Shown here: positions 50,393 to 64,000 of the stretch, piece after piece | Layout: each line of letters begins with the position of its first letter | Numbering within the stretch: the first letter of the stretch is position 1 | Assembly (NCBI GenBank): GCA_002269645.1 | Contig: NIVC01001953.1 | Span: 124,001-188,000 of the forward strand | Length of the DNA: 64,000 nucleotides | Source: Macrostomum lignano | Taxonomy: Eukaryota | Reading direction: 5' to 3' | Notes under the pieces: generated by a model | Database searches by the model: none | What the model was told of the DNA's origin: nothing | Seen by the model: the letters and a program-made list of their open reading frames with translations, nothing else | Translations under genes and position numbers: made by a program

Positions 50393-52771
50393 CTACCTAA
50401 ACTTGCCGGACCGACGAAGTTGGACGTAAGCTAGCACCAGAAATCCAAAAATGAAGCCGCCCAGTGCAATTTCATTGATCCACAAGTCTATTTCGTTTTC
50501 GTATGGAATTCCCTGGTCGCTTAAGTACTTGTTGCCGAGATCGAAACAGATATTAGCTGTTTCGTTGCAGAATTGCAGATCCTTCATCTCGTTGATGCTC
50601 AGCGCGTTCATGCTGTACCGGAAGATGCTGAGGTACTTAGCCCAGCTCAGCCATTCCCCCATTGTTGAGACATTCACCAGCAGGCCTGCAAACACCATCA
50701 TGAAGACGAATGACAGCGCCAGGAAGATGGTAGCAATGGCGAACACCGAAACTGTGGCGCTAAGGAAGAAGGCCAAACTCGAACCGGCCATTGAAACCAG
50801 TAGCAGATTTAAAAAGTACACAAAGAACTTGTCCAACCTTGGATTCAAACCGATCATGAAGTAGGAGATAGGAGAGTACAGCATCAGAGGCACAAGTCGC
50901 ATTGGTATAAGGTCGCAGAACACCTTAGCTAGAAAGTACACGGACACGCGGTAGTAACCAGATACGCTTTCGTGGACAAATATGGTGCGCTCGTGCAGAA
51001 ACAGTTCCAGAGCGCCCATGTTGCCGAAGACCATGTTCATTGTGGTGAAGAAGAACACGCCCACTCGATTCTGCACGCCGGAAATCGTGTCAGCCGGTAT
51101 CTGCAGGTAGATGAGGCCGACAAGCACGCTGAACAGAACGTTGAGCACTAGCTGGGCTATGGACGTCTGCGGGTTCCGCAGCAGATTTTTTGTTGCCCGT
51201 TGTGACACGACGGCCAACTGGCGGAAAAACGACGTCTGGTAAGTCGGATTATTTGCTGTCGACTGCGGTCGGTAGCCCCGCATTTGGCGATTGCTGAAAG
51301 CCTCCAAAACCGGAGCGATTCGAGCGTTGACGTCGCGCCACACCTCGGAGCCCTGCAAAGGCGAGTATGTGCTCGCGTGGTGCAATTTACCTCGTGTATT
51401 AATACAATAGTTGGGTTGTAAACATCAAAAACAACTTAAAAATCATTCTGATTTTTACCTGATACGTCGCAACAAGCCATCCTTGAACACTGTCCTGATG
51501 ATCAAAGTTAACCTTCGCCGCTGCTGAATCGACTTCAGTTGGTCTCGCGTCGCCACTCAAGATGTCCATGTAGAAATCAAGCGGGTTGTTGTGCATCTCG
51601 CAGACGTAGCCGAGGCGCTGGAAATAGTCAAGCGAAGTGACACTGTCACCATGATAGACAATCTGACCTTTAGACAGCAGAGTCAGCGAGTCGAATGTCT
51701 TGAAAATTTCGTAGCGTGGCTGATGAATGGAGAAGATGATTGTTGTGCCTCGGCGCGAGATGTTCCTTAGAATCCGCATCACCGAGTTGGCAGTGCTGGC
51801 GTCAAGACCTGAGCCGAGAGAGGAAAATATTGAGTGGTAGTCCTTATAATACGGAATTAGAAGACATTGGAATGTTGTTTAAATCAATCAAAATCGGCAA
51901 GCCAAAAAGCTTCGACAGAATTTTAGTTGAAGGAGTAGTTAGCGCAATGTGCACTCTGCATTTGCATATCGACAAGAGTGTCTTAGGTTTGATACAGCAT
52001 CGATCTCATATGGCTATGCTTGTACTGCTTGACAGAAGGTTGTGACCTTATCGGCTCTTCGCAGTCTAAGAATATCAACAATGGTTTTCTAAGAAATCCT
52101 AGATATCCAGCAGCAGTCCAAAAAACATCTCGATCTTTCTCACCAGTCGTCGGCTCGTCCAGAAACAGCACTTTAGGCGAGGCGATGAGCTCCATTCCGA
52201 TGCTGGTTCGTCGACGCTCGCCGCCAGAGACGCCTCGAGTCAGCTGCGTCCCGATGCGGCTGTCGGCCACCCCGGTCAGTCCCAGCTGGTCCAGCAGCTC
52301 CGCGACGCGTCTGCCTCGGTCGTACCGGCTGACACTTGCCGGAAGTCGGAGAGCCGCACTGAACAGCAGGTTCTCGCGCACTGTCAGCGTGCCCATGACA
52401 ACGTCCTCTTGAACAACGTAGCCGCTGACGCATTTGAAATTCTTCGGCGGCGGCTCGCCATTGATCAGAATGGTGCCAGTCAGATTCTGCGGGTTCTTTC
52501 GTCCGGCGATGACATCCAGGAGGCTGGACTTCCCCGAACCTGTTGGCCCCAGCACGGCGTTCATGCCAGGCTGAAACACGCCGCTAACTCCGAGCAGGAT
52601 TTCCTTTCGCTCCGGAGGAAAGCAGCATGGCGGGCCGCGTCGGATGAGCAGAGAATATCTCACACTGTTGAAGGTCACCGTGGCGGCTTCTGCAGCACCG
52701 GAGTGTGGGCCAGCAGTGGCTGAGTAGCTCGCATTAGCGCGCGAAGAAAGCAAGCCGTCTTGCTCAGACAT
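50393..52771 (-). CDS. ABCG2: ABCG2/White-family ABC half transporter; exons 52771-52144, 51808-51459, 51352-50393; about 645 aa
   Basis: Walker A GPTGSGKS, signature VSGGERRRTSIG, Walker B LFLDEPTTGLD across the exon 1-2 junction, H-loop IFSIHQPR, and a C-terminal TMD with VQNRVGVFFF and ESVSGYY. Phases are consistent (628+350+960=1938 nt). Confidence 0.93.
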
Positions 52772-53802
52772 GACGGTTCTGTCCCTCGAATTGCACCACT
52801 TGGAATTTCTTCTTACCAACCTGAATTCACTTTCGTCTCCTCCAAGCTATCCGCTGAAGCGTTATAAGCATTTTTCAGTGAGCGATAAAGAAATCTTTCT
52901 AAAAACTTCTACCCTGCTTCTGCACTCGCTAGATCTACTGACGATTGTGCGAGTATTTCTCGTCGTCTATTTTTAGCAGTTGTTGCAGACGTTTAAAGCA
53001 CGATTTTCTGTTCACGTACATGTCGCCTGTGGACTACATATCATTTATGTGACTTTTCTGGCGAGATAACTAGACATTTTTGGTACCACGAAAGGTTGGT
53101 ACCAAAGAAGGCCAGTCTATGCTACTTTCACATTGATCCTGACATGCAATGCAGCTATAAATAATGCTCTCATCAATTGCAATATGCGTGGTGAAATGTT
53201 TTAAGTTAACTTATTCACATAAAATGCTGAAAATTCTTTAGTGTAGCATATTTTAATTAAAGTTCTTCCCGGCTATTCATCTCCTCATTTCAGAGTTTTA
53301 ACAGCTACGTATACATGTACGTTTAAACTTACATTCCGTTTGTGTTTGGTAAAATGTTGTGTTACCAAATTAATCAAAATGTAACTAACTCAAAATTTTT
53401 CACTTCCTGTCTGTAGATCTCTAATGTATTGTTCTAACGGTTTTTAAAGCAATTTTTAAAAGTAAAAAAATAGCAGCGATAAAAATTCAAGATATGCGAT
53501 TTGTCTGTCGGCGCGTAAACGAGTTGTTGGTGCATTTAATTGCTCAATTATTCGCTCACTGATCACATGCGCAGGATATCATCAGCACAGACTGCTCTTT
53601 ATTTTTCATCGGCTTGAAGCGAAAGACGCTACGCACTTACACTCAGCGCAACATTGAAAAATGTCCACCCTAGCGCGCAAAGGGTCAACGTTTTGGTGGG
53701 TGGAGATATTCGTGGTTTGATCGCCATAGACAAATATATAATCCGGATTCGAACGAAGCAAAGGAACAGCAAAGAAACAAAGTACACGAGCATGGGTGAC
53801 AA

Positions 53803-54163
53803 CCAAAGAGTATTGAGGTCGCCTAGTATAGAGTGCCAATAAGGATGAAAATCTGAAGCCGATTTTTTCCACTCACCCCCTCCGGTCACCAAGCTTTTTA
53901 GTCTATGGCACAAGTTGTGGCTAGAATGGTGTACAAAGCCGGTGCTCAGAAATATAAGACATTTCACACTTACAAAATGCATGTATCAAATAAGCAAGAC
54001 AACATCGCTCAGTCACCAGACTCAGTTGCCGTGGTCGATACACAACTTGTGCCATAGACTAAAAAGCTTGGTGACCGGAGGGGGTGTGGGTGGATTCTAA
54101 AAATCGGCTTCAAATTTTCATCCTTATTGGCACTCTATACTAGGCGACCTCAATACTCTTTGG
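53803..54163. mobile_element. Inverted-repeat (foldback/MITE-like) element with ~115-bp arms
   Basis: 53803-53918 is approximately the reverse complement of 54041-54163. No clear TSD. Confidence 0.7.
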
Positions 54164-57100
54164 CTCCATGTGACTGTTTCCTTCGACCTGTCTGGCGTCT
54201 ATGACGCAAGTTTTTGTCTATGGCCCAAGTGCGTGTTGACGAAATTATCAAATCGTCTATGGCACAAGTCTGCTGGCGACAAAAATCAGTTTTGAAACTC
54301 TAAATATACGCGGCTGGCGCGAGGATGGAAACTTTTCGATGTTGCTGAGTGTATATTGAAGTGCCGAGGAGCCCAAATCGAGAGAAAGAGCAATACGAAC
54401 GCCATTTGGTACTCGTTGGTTTACGACACAATTAACCAACAACGCGTTATGAGCTTTATTATGTATGACACAGGTGTGCATGAGAGGGTCGTTCTCAAAG
54501 CTAGGTCACAACTTTTTGTTATTGCAAAAAAAGTTTATACATCGACCAATAATCGTACAAAAAAAAATTCTTTCGACAATTTCTGTAAGAAGCTGCTACT
54601 AAAACCACAAGAAAACTTGAAATTGAGAAGAAATCAAGGCTATTTGTTATTCTTTGTTGCGGAAAATAAACGACAAAAATATTAAACAGAAAATAAAATG
54701 TTCTTCCATTTTTATTTTAAATATGCAGTTAAATTTCTTTTGCAAAAATAAAAGAACAAGAAATTGACAAAGGAAATGTTTTTGAGCACAGCATTTTGTT
54801 ACTCTGCTCTAAATCCCAGACATTTAAAATTATCGTGTGCGAAAAAGTGCGAAATTATTATAGCATGCACTCGAAAGAACTTCGATCAGTTTAACTAATC
54901 ACTGAATTAAGAAGTCTAAATAAGTCTTGAAAGGTTGAATTAAAAATCAAGTTTTCACTATGTATCTTTTCAAAGGCAAGATGATTCGACAAATAAAGAA
55001 TGTTCATTTTTACCTTGAATAGAATTGTTCATTTTTACATTAAATATAATAAAATCTAACTAATAATAGAAAAAGTCAGGGAACTATCCTTGAAAACCAA
55101 AAAAGCAAATTGTGGATTTAATATCGACTGCATGTTCCTTAATAAAGGAATTCGGTTACTAGTATATATTTGATTATTTGTAGCATAATTTCTGAAAACT
55201 ATAACTTGCTTGATTTTACTTTAAGTACTCATTACATTAATACTTATACCAAAGCTACATGTACTTAAAATAAAAAATTATGGTTACTTATTAGACATTT
55301 TACTCCAATTAACTTAAAATAATTCAAATTTATTTTTATTAATTCATTTTTTGAAACTTTTTGGAAAATAGACAAAATTGAATTATTTAATTACCAAAAA
55401 CCTACTAGCTTAACTGAAATAGCAATTAGTCTTTAAGAAAAGATTTCACTTGTTAATTGAGAAAAATGAGGATGTGCGAGGTGTAAAAATGCGAAAGAGC
55501 ATGCAGGAAACAGAGACAAACAAAAATGTAGGTAAAAGACACTGCACATGCACATAATATGATAACCAGACATAATGCGCACACTGAAACACCAGTAGCA
55601 ATGACGCCCAAGCTTTTGATGATCACAAGCGAAAAGGCAAAACCCAGCCATCAATCAAAGAAGTAGACTTTAGCACGCATCTTGAGTGCATCACGCATTT
55701 TTTGCAGAGAAGCTCGAAAATTAACATTTATTCTGTGCACAACCACCAACTGCGACAGGGTCTGCCAGGGGATTTGTGGGCACGCGGTCGCGGATACAAA
55801 TCGGAGGAGTCGCTGACCATTCTGAAATTACAAGCTAGTACATGTAATTTTGTGTATTAATATATTTAGCCCGCTTTATTTCTATGCTCTCGTCCGCCTC
55901 TCGTTAATGCATCCCCAGACTCATGCAGTAATCAAACTTATGATCGAACTATGCATGGCTTCCGTCCCTCGCTTTGAATCTCTCACCTCCCCATAGTTCC
56001 ATCAACCTTACCGTAGTGGCTTCCTATGCAAAAATCATCCCTCCGCATCTTACACAGGCTACTTCAGGCTGTAGACTGTACTACACTATTAATTAGTTGC
56101 GCTAAGGAATCTACATGTATTTGCTCGCAGCGCAGCGCGCTGCTCAAATAAGTTTAGATCTATCTAGATATTCTAGTAATTTCAGGTTTGTCCATAGACT
56201 AGAGCTCATGAGATGAGAATTCAATAAACTAGTACATTTAATATGAATGAACTGCGTGTGTGTGTGCTGTGCATACATATGTATAATATACGAGTAGTTT
56301 ATGGGCCAAATTATTGTGTGGCACAATTCTTGGCATCACTCAGCAGGCACAAGATGCAGTTAAGCAGCGCACGAAAATTCTACAAAAGAAATTGAGCCTG
56401 GTTGAGATGATGCGAGGAGGCAGATCCACACAATCTCAGTGAATACACCAGACTGCACCAGATACGAGTCCAGTCGAATGTGCGCACTGGTCTAAGCAGC
56501 ACACGCATGTCCTTCTGACAATGACGGCACCTAGCTTCGTCCAAGCCTTTGCCAGCGTCACTGACAGCGTCAATACTACCATGCAGTGCCACCTGCAGCA
56601 CCGACAACGGCAATTCCTCCAGTTAGCCCACAACAGTGGCTAAACTGAGGGACAGGGAACCTACCCGCAGAAGACACACACATACACACACAGCACCGGC
56701 AGCAGCACTCTGACAGCATAACCTAAAGCTCCATGAGCTCAGTTTTCAAGCATTGAAGAAGCAGAAGCAGTCATCTTGGATCCAGGGATCAGGAAGAGTG
56801 TTGCATGTCCGACATGTGCTGTTTCCGTGGCAAAAGGTGATGGAGCAAATTAATCAACACTTACTATCTAGCTCGTATTAAGACTAAAAAACTGAGGCAA
56901 GCTGGGATTAAACCAAAGAAAATTTTTTACTATACTTTTTTACCATATACTTTTACTATACTTCTATAGTATAGTAGAGAGGTACTCTATTTAAATGCAG
57001 TAAGAAGTGAAACAAATTTATATATTTAATTATTAAAATAAATTAATTCAAGGTAAATAACTAATTTAACCAATTTATTAGGAGTATTTAATATTATAAT

Positions 57101-60004
57101 AAATTGATTTTTATACCTTACACGAAATAAGCTCTACATTCATTTCTTAGCTTGGGGCCCATCTGTATAAGGTCAGTTTCTTCAAAATGCTGATTAATTA
57201 ATTAAGGCCTGTTGTCTTTACTTAAATTTATAAGGGCATCTTAGAAGTTAATATTACTATATAATACATGTATAATATTATTACTGTATTATAATAATAT
57301 AGTTGCAATTTTAATGACTATTGAATAAGTCTAAATGCTTCCCCTATTGACTCTAAATACATGGTATCTTTCCCTTCAGAAAAAATTAGCATAGAATGAC
57401 TTGATGAAAACAAAAAAAAAATCATTTCGAGATACACATTTGCTGATCATTCAGGTCAAATTTCAAGGTCCAGTTTTGCACATGTTTCTCTGTAGCTTGG
57501 TTACAAGGATTCTAATAAAAATATAATAAATATGTCCAATGAACTAACTGATACATAGCCAAATTGAAGTATTTTCAAAAACAAAAAAAATCATTTGCTC
57601 AGTTTACTTTACTGGATATCTGTGTAAAATTTCAGCTCAAAAGGTGCTCCATGGAGAATGCTAGTGTGGTTACAGGATATTTATTTTGTGCTTCAAAGTA
57701 GGAGTTTATTGCGATGCATGGTTGCTTTTAATTATTTTTATCAACAATAGTGCTCTATTTCATAACAATTTTTTACAAAAAGATAATAAGACATGTTTTT
57801 CTAATTATCTGCATCAAAATGTATCATTTTAAGCGCACATTCTAGACGTCAGCTGAAAAATACATTTTGTGAGATGAGAAGAGGCTATCCCACCGGAAAT
57901 GCTAGGCGTACAGTTAAGCGTCTATAAAATAATTTATAGTGCAGTTTATTAAGCTTTAAAAAAATCTTAAATTAAATTTATATAAGCTTTCATTTTAAAT
58001 GTAATATAGCAAGGTTTCAACACAACAACAACTTTTTTTAGCTACAGACATCTTGTAGTATCAAAAATTAACATCGGTGAAATGATTGAATTTGAATTTT
58101 TTCATCGCTAATTATCGCTTAATACCGCCAGATGATTAAAAACACTTTTGCATGATAAAGTTCAACCCAAAAGTTATCTTTATTCACAGATAAAAGTGTC
58201 CTATTATTTTAAATATGGCAGTAACAATAGTAAATGTTCGGAAAATTGTTAAAATTTTTGCTCCTCCTAGAATTTGCGAACGACCCGAGAAACGCCGGTC
58301 GCTACACGGTTGATAAATTTGTATTATCAGCATTCTTTCAACCCTGAATGAGGAGCGCCCTACTTATATTGCTAATGACCATTTTATTACGATGTGTTTA
58401 CTGAATACTGTTTCTTAAAGATTAAACGGTATTAGAAGCTAGATTAAATTATCGCTACGAAAAAACAAACTTTTAAAGACTACAATCAGCAATAATGCTA
58501 CAAAACTTTTTTAACCAAATTATGAAACAAAATTTGTATCTTAAGTTTATTTAAATATTACCATATCTTTTGAGAATGACAGCTCAAAAACATACTTCTT
58601 TTAAGTTGAGGAAATCATGAAAATTTTCGACATGAATCAGCTTATCACTATCGAATGGTGACAATACATGTATATAGATAATTTCGGAAATCTGATTAAG
58701 GCTTCTTTCCTATAGGCTGTAATATAAAAGTTTACCTTTGCGAATTTGAAAGATGGGCGTAAGAAATTACAATAGTTTTTGCAATATATATTTCTGTGCA
58801 CTATATCTATCTAAACTGCTGTGCTTAGTATAGTAACTACAGTAATTAAAGTTTCGATGTTGTGCCTCACGTGGCCCTGCTATTTTATAATAATTGTCAT
58901 AACCAATCAAAGAATTCATTAATTGAATACAGCAACCGTACTACTGCTATCTACGATTAGCTTATGTTCACAGAGTCAAATCGCTTTAGTCTAATCTCAT
59001 GGGCTAAGACAAGAGCAGACATGTGCGATTTTTTAGTTAAATGGCTTATTAGTTAAATTTTCATTCCAACATCTAGCCTAGCCCTCAACAGTGAACACCT
59101 AAGAACCTCTGAGAAAATGCAAATACAGAGGGTTTAAACTTACAGAGGGTGAGAGGGTGTCTTGATCACGAATAGTATAGCTGCACCTAAACTAAATTTT
59201 ATGACTTGATTTATCTCTAGTGTAGTGTGATTATTTTAGTTCAAATATTTTTTCCTTTTTTGTTCTAAACACAAGATATCCTAGTTATTAATGTCCTAAG
59301 TAGTCTACTTAAAGGGAGTCTGATAAGAATGCCACTTTGTAAAAAAAATATATATTTATCTATACTAAATTATAATTTTTTCTAGTTCTTCTCTAGATGG
59401 CAATGCAAATACCAAATAGATAGCTAGTCTTTCCTCCTAATTTTATCTAATCTATATTAGCATATCTTTTAAGTAGGCCTAGCCTATAAAGAATTTTTTT
59501 GTTTTTTTTATATTTTGATTTTAATTTAATTTAAATATATATTTTTATATTTTATAATCTAGATCTATATGACTATATCATTAAATATCATCTACCTTAT
59601 ACTTAGCAATAGTCAAAAGCTCCACTTGTACAAATCATGTCTAGTTAGGGAGAAAACTGCTTATTTAAAATGCAATTAAAAATGTGTAAGAATATCATTG
59701 CTTGGTAGATGGAACTTTTCCTGTTTTGGGGTATATAGGCATTTATGTTAGTTCTCTATTAACCTTTAGTCTATTAAGCTTATGTCTTTGACTTTGTACA
59801 TTAGTTTAAGCTATACTATACTTATAAGTTGTGTTAATGAAAATCTTGAGTTATTTTATATATTGTAGATCATTGAAAAATCACTAATTTAGCTTATTAT
59901 TTTTTAAATATAAAAATGAAAATATTTAAATTTATAATACTTCTTTATTTATTGCTTGTTATAAATTTCTATTTTTATAATCAATATTGTTTAATGCATG
60001 AGAA

Positions 60005-63000
60005 ATGCTCTTTGCAGTAACAGGATTTCTAATAGTTGCTGTAACCAGTGTATTGAGTGACCAACTTGAAGTCCATTTAGTAAGTGGAATTTTATGCTAT
60101 TTTTTAGTTTATATTTATTTCATTGCTAATATAGAAAGTGTACTTTAATAAACTGGCTCACTTTTACTTTAGACTGACCACAAGACAAATGTGACAGACA
60201 CAAAATTCTGTTCTGCTGAGACTGCCAGCTTTGGCTCTTCCTATCTGTTTTGGTCTATGCAGGTAATGATTCTATTTTAAAGTTGCTTATTCAAACCAAT
60301 CAATCTTACTCTAGATGCTAATTATGTTTTTTTTGGTTAAATATGATGTTTTAATTGTCCATACAAACAAAATCCAGGGCATTGTTGTGAACACGTCTCC
60401 CATGAATGCCTGCCACTCTGTGCAGCCGCCGCCTCACCTGCGCAACGATTCGTTGGCCTGGATTGCCCTGGTAACCAGGGACTCCAGCCTCTCCACTGGT
60501 TGCCCATTCGATGTAAAAGTGCTCAATGCCCAAACAGCTGGCTATAATGCTGTGCTGGTGCAGAATTATAAGGACAACTTGATCATCATGCAGTCATCTA
60601 GATGTAAGGCTTATTCTGGGGGTATGAGATTTCAGAATCTGGGATTGGGGATCTGAGAGTTGAGGATATGGGAATTAAGAATATAGGAGTTATGGGTCTG
60701 GAAGTTGGTTATCTGGGAGTTGGGGATCTGGGAGTTGGGGATCTGAGAGTTGGAGATCTGGGAGTTGGGGATCTGGGAGTTGGGGATCTGTGAGTTGGGA
60801 ATCTGGGAGTTGGGGATCTGGGAGTTGGGGATCTGAGAGTTGGAGATCTGGGAGTTAGGGATCTGTGAGTTGGGAATCTGGGAGTTGGGGATCTGAGAGT
60901 TGGAGATCTGGGAGTTAGGGATCTGGGAGTTGAGGATCTGGTAGTTGAGGATCTGGGAGTTGGGGATTTGGGAGTTGGGGATCTGGGAGTTGGGGATCTG
61001 GGAGTTGGGGATCTGAGAGTTGGAGATCTGGGAGTTAGGGATCTGGGAGTTGAGGATCTGGTAGTTGAGGATCTGTGAGTTGGGGATCTGGGAGTTGGTA
61101 AACGTTAAGCCCGATTCATTCATTCATAAGCCCGAATCGTTACGCCCAATTTCAGCCGGCAGCCGGGTGCACATTCCAGCGGCCATGGTGACCCTCGCCT
61201 GCGGCACGGTGCTCGGTGAACGCTTCTCCTACTCCGTAGCCGCTGAGCGCTACAGCCTCAACTTTGAAGTGCCGTTCCCGTTCGACTTTCATGTCTACGT
61301 GATCTCATTTGCTGTCATTATTGGAGTCTGCCTCCTGCTGTCACTGTTGGTCTGGGTGAGTCAGGCGGAATCGAACCCCTGTTCATCCTGTCACAACAAT
61401 TTGTAGAAGCCAACCTCATATTTTAGCAATTACTGTACCGGTAAAAAACAAAATGCAGTTTTGCAACTTAATTTCATGTTGAATAAAAATCTTAAGTAGT
61501 CATAACATGCGAGCCTCATACGATCTCATATCTCATCTGATCTCAGATATGAATCATAAATATTGGTTATTTGGTCATAATTGAATGTTGCTCCTAATCT
61601 CAAAATTATATCCATTGCTTATTCAGGCATATCCATTGCTTATTCAGTCATATCCATTGCCCATTCAGTCATATCCATTGCTCATTCAGTCATATCCATT
61701 GCCCATTCAGTCATATCCATTGCTCATTCAGTCATATCCATTGCCCATTCAGGCATATCCATTGCCCATTTAGTCATATCCATTGCCCATTCAGGCATAT
61801 CCATTGCCCATTTAGTCATATCCATTGCTCATTCAGGCATATCCATTGCTCATTCAGTCATATCCATTGCCCATTCAGGCATATCCATTGCCCATTTAGT
61901 CATATCTATTGCTCATTCAGGCATATCCATTGCCCATTTAGTCATATCCATTGCTCATTCAGGCATATCCATTGCCCATTTAGTCATATCTATTGCCCAT
62001 TCAGTCCTATATATTGCTCATTCAGTCATTTCCGCTGCTCATTCGGTCATTTCCATTGCTTATTCAGTCATACAAATTGCCTGTTGCTCATTCGGTCATA
62101 CCAATTGCCTGTTGCTCATTCGGTCGTACCAATTGTTTGTTGCTCATTCGGTCATACCAATTGCCTGTTGCTCATTCGGTCATACCAATTGCCTGTTGCT
62201 CATTCGGTCATTACACTCCTGTGCATCGCAGGGCATCAAATTCTATCGCGACTGGAGGCACAGCCGAAGGAACCGACTGCCCAGATCCAGCCTGAAGAAG
62301 CTGACGGTTAAAAAGTTTGAAAAAGGTGCTCTGTTGTGTAAAAACCGCAGGTGTATTTTCATCCTCATCGCTTATCCTAAATATGCTGCTCGATTCCCAT
62401 GACAGGCAAAGACTTGTACGACTGCTGCGCCATCTGCCTCGAAGACTTCGTGCCCGGTGAGAAGCTGCGGATTCTGCCTTGCAATCACGGTGAGCGTTTC
62501 GAGGAGCCTCTCTGACTACCATGCTTTTTGGAGTTCAGTCGCAATCATTACTGGTCGTTCAGTCACTATGACAATTTTAAGTCACTATGACCATTTCGTC
62601 ACCATGACCATTCAGTCACTATGACCATTCAGTCAGTATGATCACTCAGTCACTATGATCACTAAGTCACTATGATCACTCAGTCACTATGATCACTCAG
62701 TCACTATGATCACTCAGTCACTATGATCACTAAGTCACTATGATCACTCAGTCACTATGATCACTCAGTCACTATGATCACTAAGTCACTATGATCACCC
62801 AGTCACTATGATCACTCAGTCACTATGATCACTCAGTCACTATGATCACTAAGTCACTATGATCACTCAGTCACTATGATCACTCAGTCACTATGATCAC
62901 TCAGTCGCTATGATCACTCAGTCACTATGATCACTCAGTCACTATGATCACTCAGTCACTATGATCACTCAGTCACTATGACCTTTCAGTCACTATGATC

Positions 63001-63842
63001 ACTCAGTCACTATGATCACCCAGTCACTATGATCACTCAGTCACTATGACCACTCAGTCACTATGATCACTCAGTCACTATGATCACCCAGTCACTATGA
63101 CCATTCAGTCAGTATGATCACTCAGTCACTATGATCACTCAGTCACTATGATCACTCAGTCACTATGATCACCCAGTCACTATGGCCACTCAGTCACCAT
63201 GGCCACTCAGTCACTATGATCACTCAGTCACTATGACCACTCAGTCACTATGACCACTCAGTCACTATGACCACTCAAATATGAAAACAACCCCTACCCG
63301 CAGCCTACCACACCAAATGCGTGGACCCGTGGCTGCTGAAGAGCCGCAGCACCTGCCCAGTGTGCAAGCGCCGGGTTTTCCCCGGCTCAGCCGACTCCGA
63401 AGGCGAAGACGACGATCGCGAAGGCCCCGGCTTGGTGAACGACGGCGCCGGCCCGTCGTCGGCTTCATCTGGAGCGGCGCCCGATCTGCCGACGGATCTG
63501 GACGCCGAGTCTCAGCGGTCGGAGCAGCGCCCGCCGCCTTCCCCGTCGCAGTCGTCGTCCACCTCGCTGCTGACGGCCATGCAGGACGAGCGGACGCCGC
63601 TGTTGAATCCGCAGCAGCTGGAGGAGTCAGCGACTCTGCTGGACCCGGCTGATGCTGCGCCTGCTCCTCCTGATTCTGGCGACGGCCGCGTTGGCACCTT
63701 TGACAATGCCGCTCTCGACAGCGACAATCAGCTGGACGCCGCCGACGAGACCGCCGCGTCTTCCTCGAGTGTCAGCGTTCGCGTCGTCGTGCACAGCGGC
63801 GGCCCGCCGCCAGCAGAGGAGCTTCGGCAGCCGGAGGTTTAA
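60005..63842 (+). CDS. RNF13: PA-TM-RING-H2 E3 ligase (RNF13/RNF167-like); exons 60005-60079, 60173-60262, 60378-60603, 61156-61355, 62232-62325, 62406-62489, 63304-63842; about 435 aa
   Basis: Signal peptide MLFAVTGFLIVAVTSVLS, then ASFG-x7-MQG like RNF13 ARFG-x7-LKG. The PA domain reads NAC..PPP..IALV..C.FDVKVLNAQ.AGY.AV.V.N, followed by a TM helix, RRNRLPRSSLKKL, and the RING [41 protein letters not shown]. The exons total 1308 nt, all GT-AG. Confidence 0.9.
60640..61100. repeat. 15-bp minisatellite (TGGGGATCTGGGAGT) in RNF13 intron 3
   Basis: Tandem array. Confidence 0.95.
61610..62210. repeat. 21-bp (TCATATCCATTGCCCATTCAG) then 28-bp (GCTCATTCGGTCATACCAATTGCCTGTT) minisatellites in RNF13 intron 4
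   Basis: Tandem arrays grading into each other. Confidence 0.92.
62560..63275. repeat. 17-bp minisatellite (CAGTCACTATGATCACT) in RNF13 intron 6
   Basis: Tandem array. Confidence 0.95.
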
Positions 63843-64000
63843 CTAAAGAAATAAACAGATTTTCTGTGACCAATTTCTGTGTAAAGCTGAATGAAAACAA
63901 AGACAGAATTTGAATCGGATTTTAATGGAAGAAAGAATGCAGTTTGATGAAGACTTGCATGGATGAATTTTCACTCATGTTGTAAACTAGTTAAATAGTT

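Noticed and set aside
56800-56872. UBZ4-like zinc-finger remnant (VACPTC...INQHL)
   Set aside because: It needs a frameshift, the Cys-His spacing is too long and the last Cys is missing. Evidence is insufficient.
60632-62402. NSQIP and SIAHSVI repeat ORFs
   Set aside because: They are translations of RNF13 intronic minisatellites. Only the embedded exon segments are coding.

Overview
Animal (eukaryotic) genomic DNA. It has GC-rich spliced exons, introns and spacers packed with minisatellites, and an AT-rich, transposon-littered 38-60 kb block. This architecture suggests a free-living flatworm such as Macrostomum, which is an inference and was not tested by a search. Seven genes lie on the minus strand: a partial MCM9-like gene, NOM1, an intronless Rab39-like gene, alpha-L-fucosidase, a coiled-coil/RING-H2 E3 ligase, Rab3 and an ABCG2-like half transporter. 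One gene lies on the plus strand, an RNF13/RNF167-like PA-RING E3. All exon models were built by hand from GT-AG sites and phase arithmetic. The main finding is a duplicated pair of 125-nt exons in Rab3 that can only be used mutually exclusively and that rewrite the alpha3-beta5/G4 region. Other findings: an in-frame TAG at a conserved Gln position in the fucosidase; an operon-like NOM1-MCM9 junction with no in-frame ATG, where a spliced leader may supply the AUG; kilobase-scale CpG deserts with a paired intact versus CpG-decayed repeat copy; a Crypton-like relic; and several MITEs and SINEs, including a nested stack. There are no prokaryotic features, CRISPR arrays or rRNA. Most long ORFs in the supplied track are artefacts of tandem repeats.
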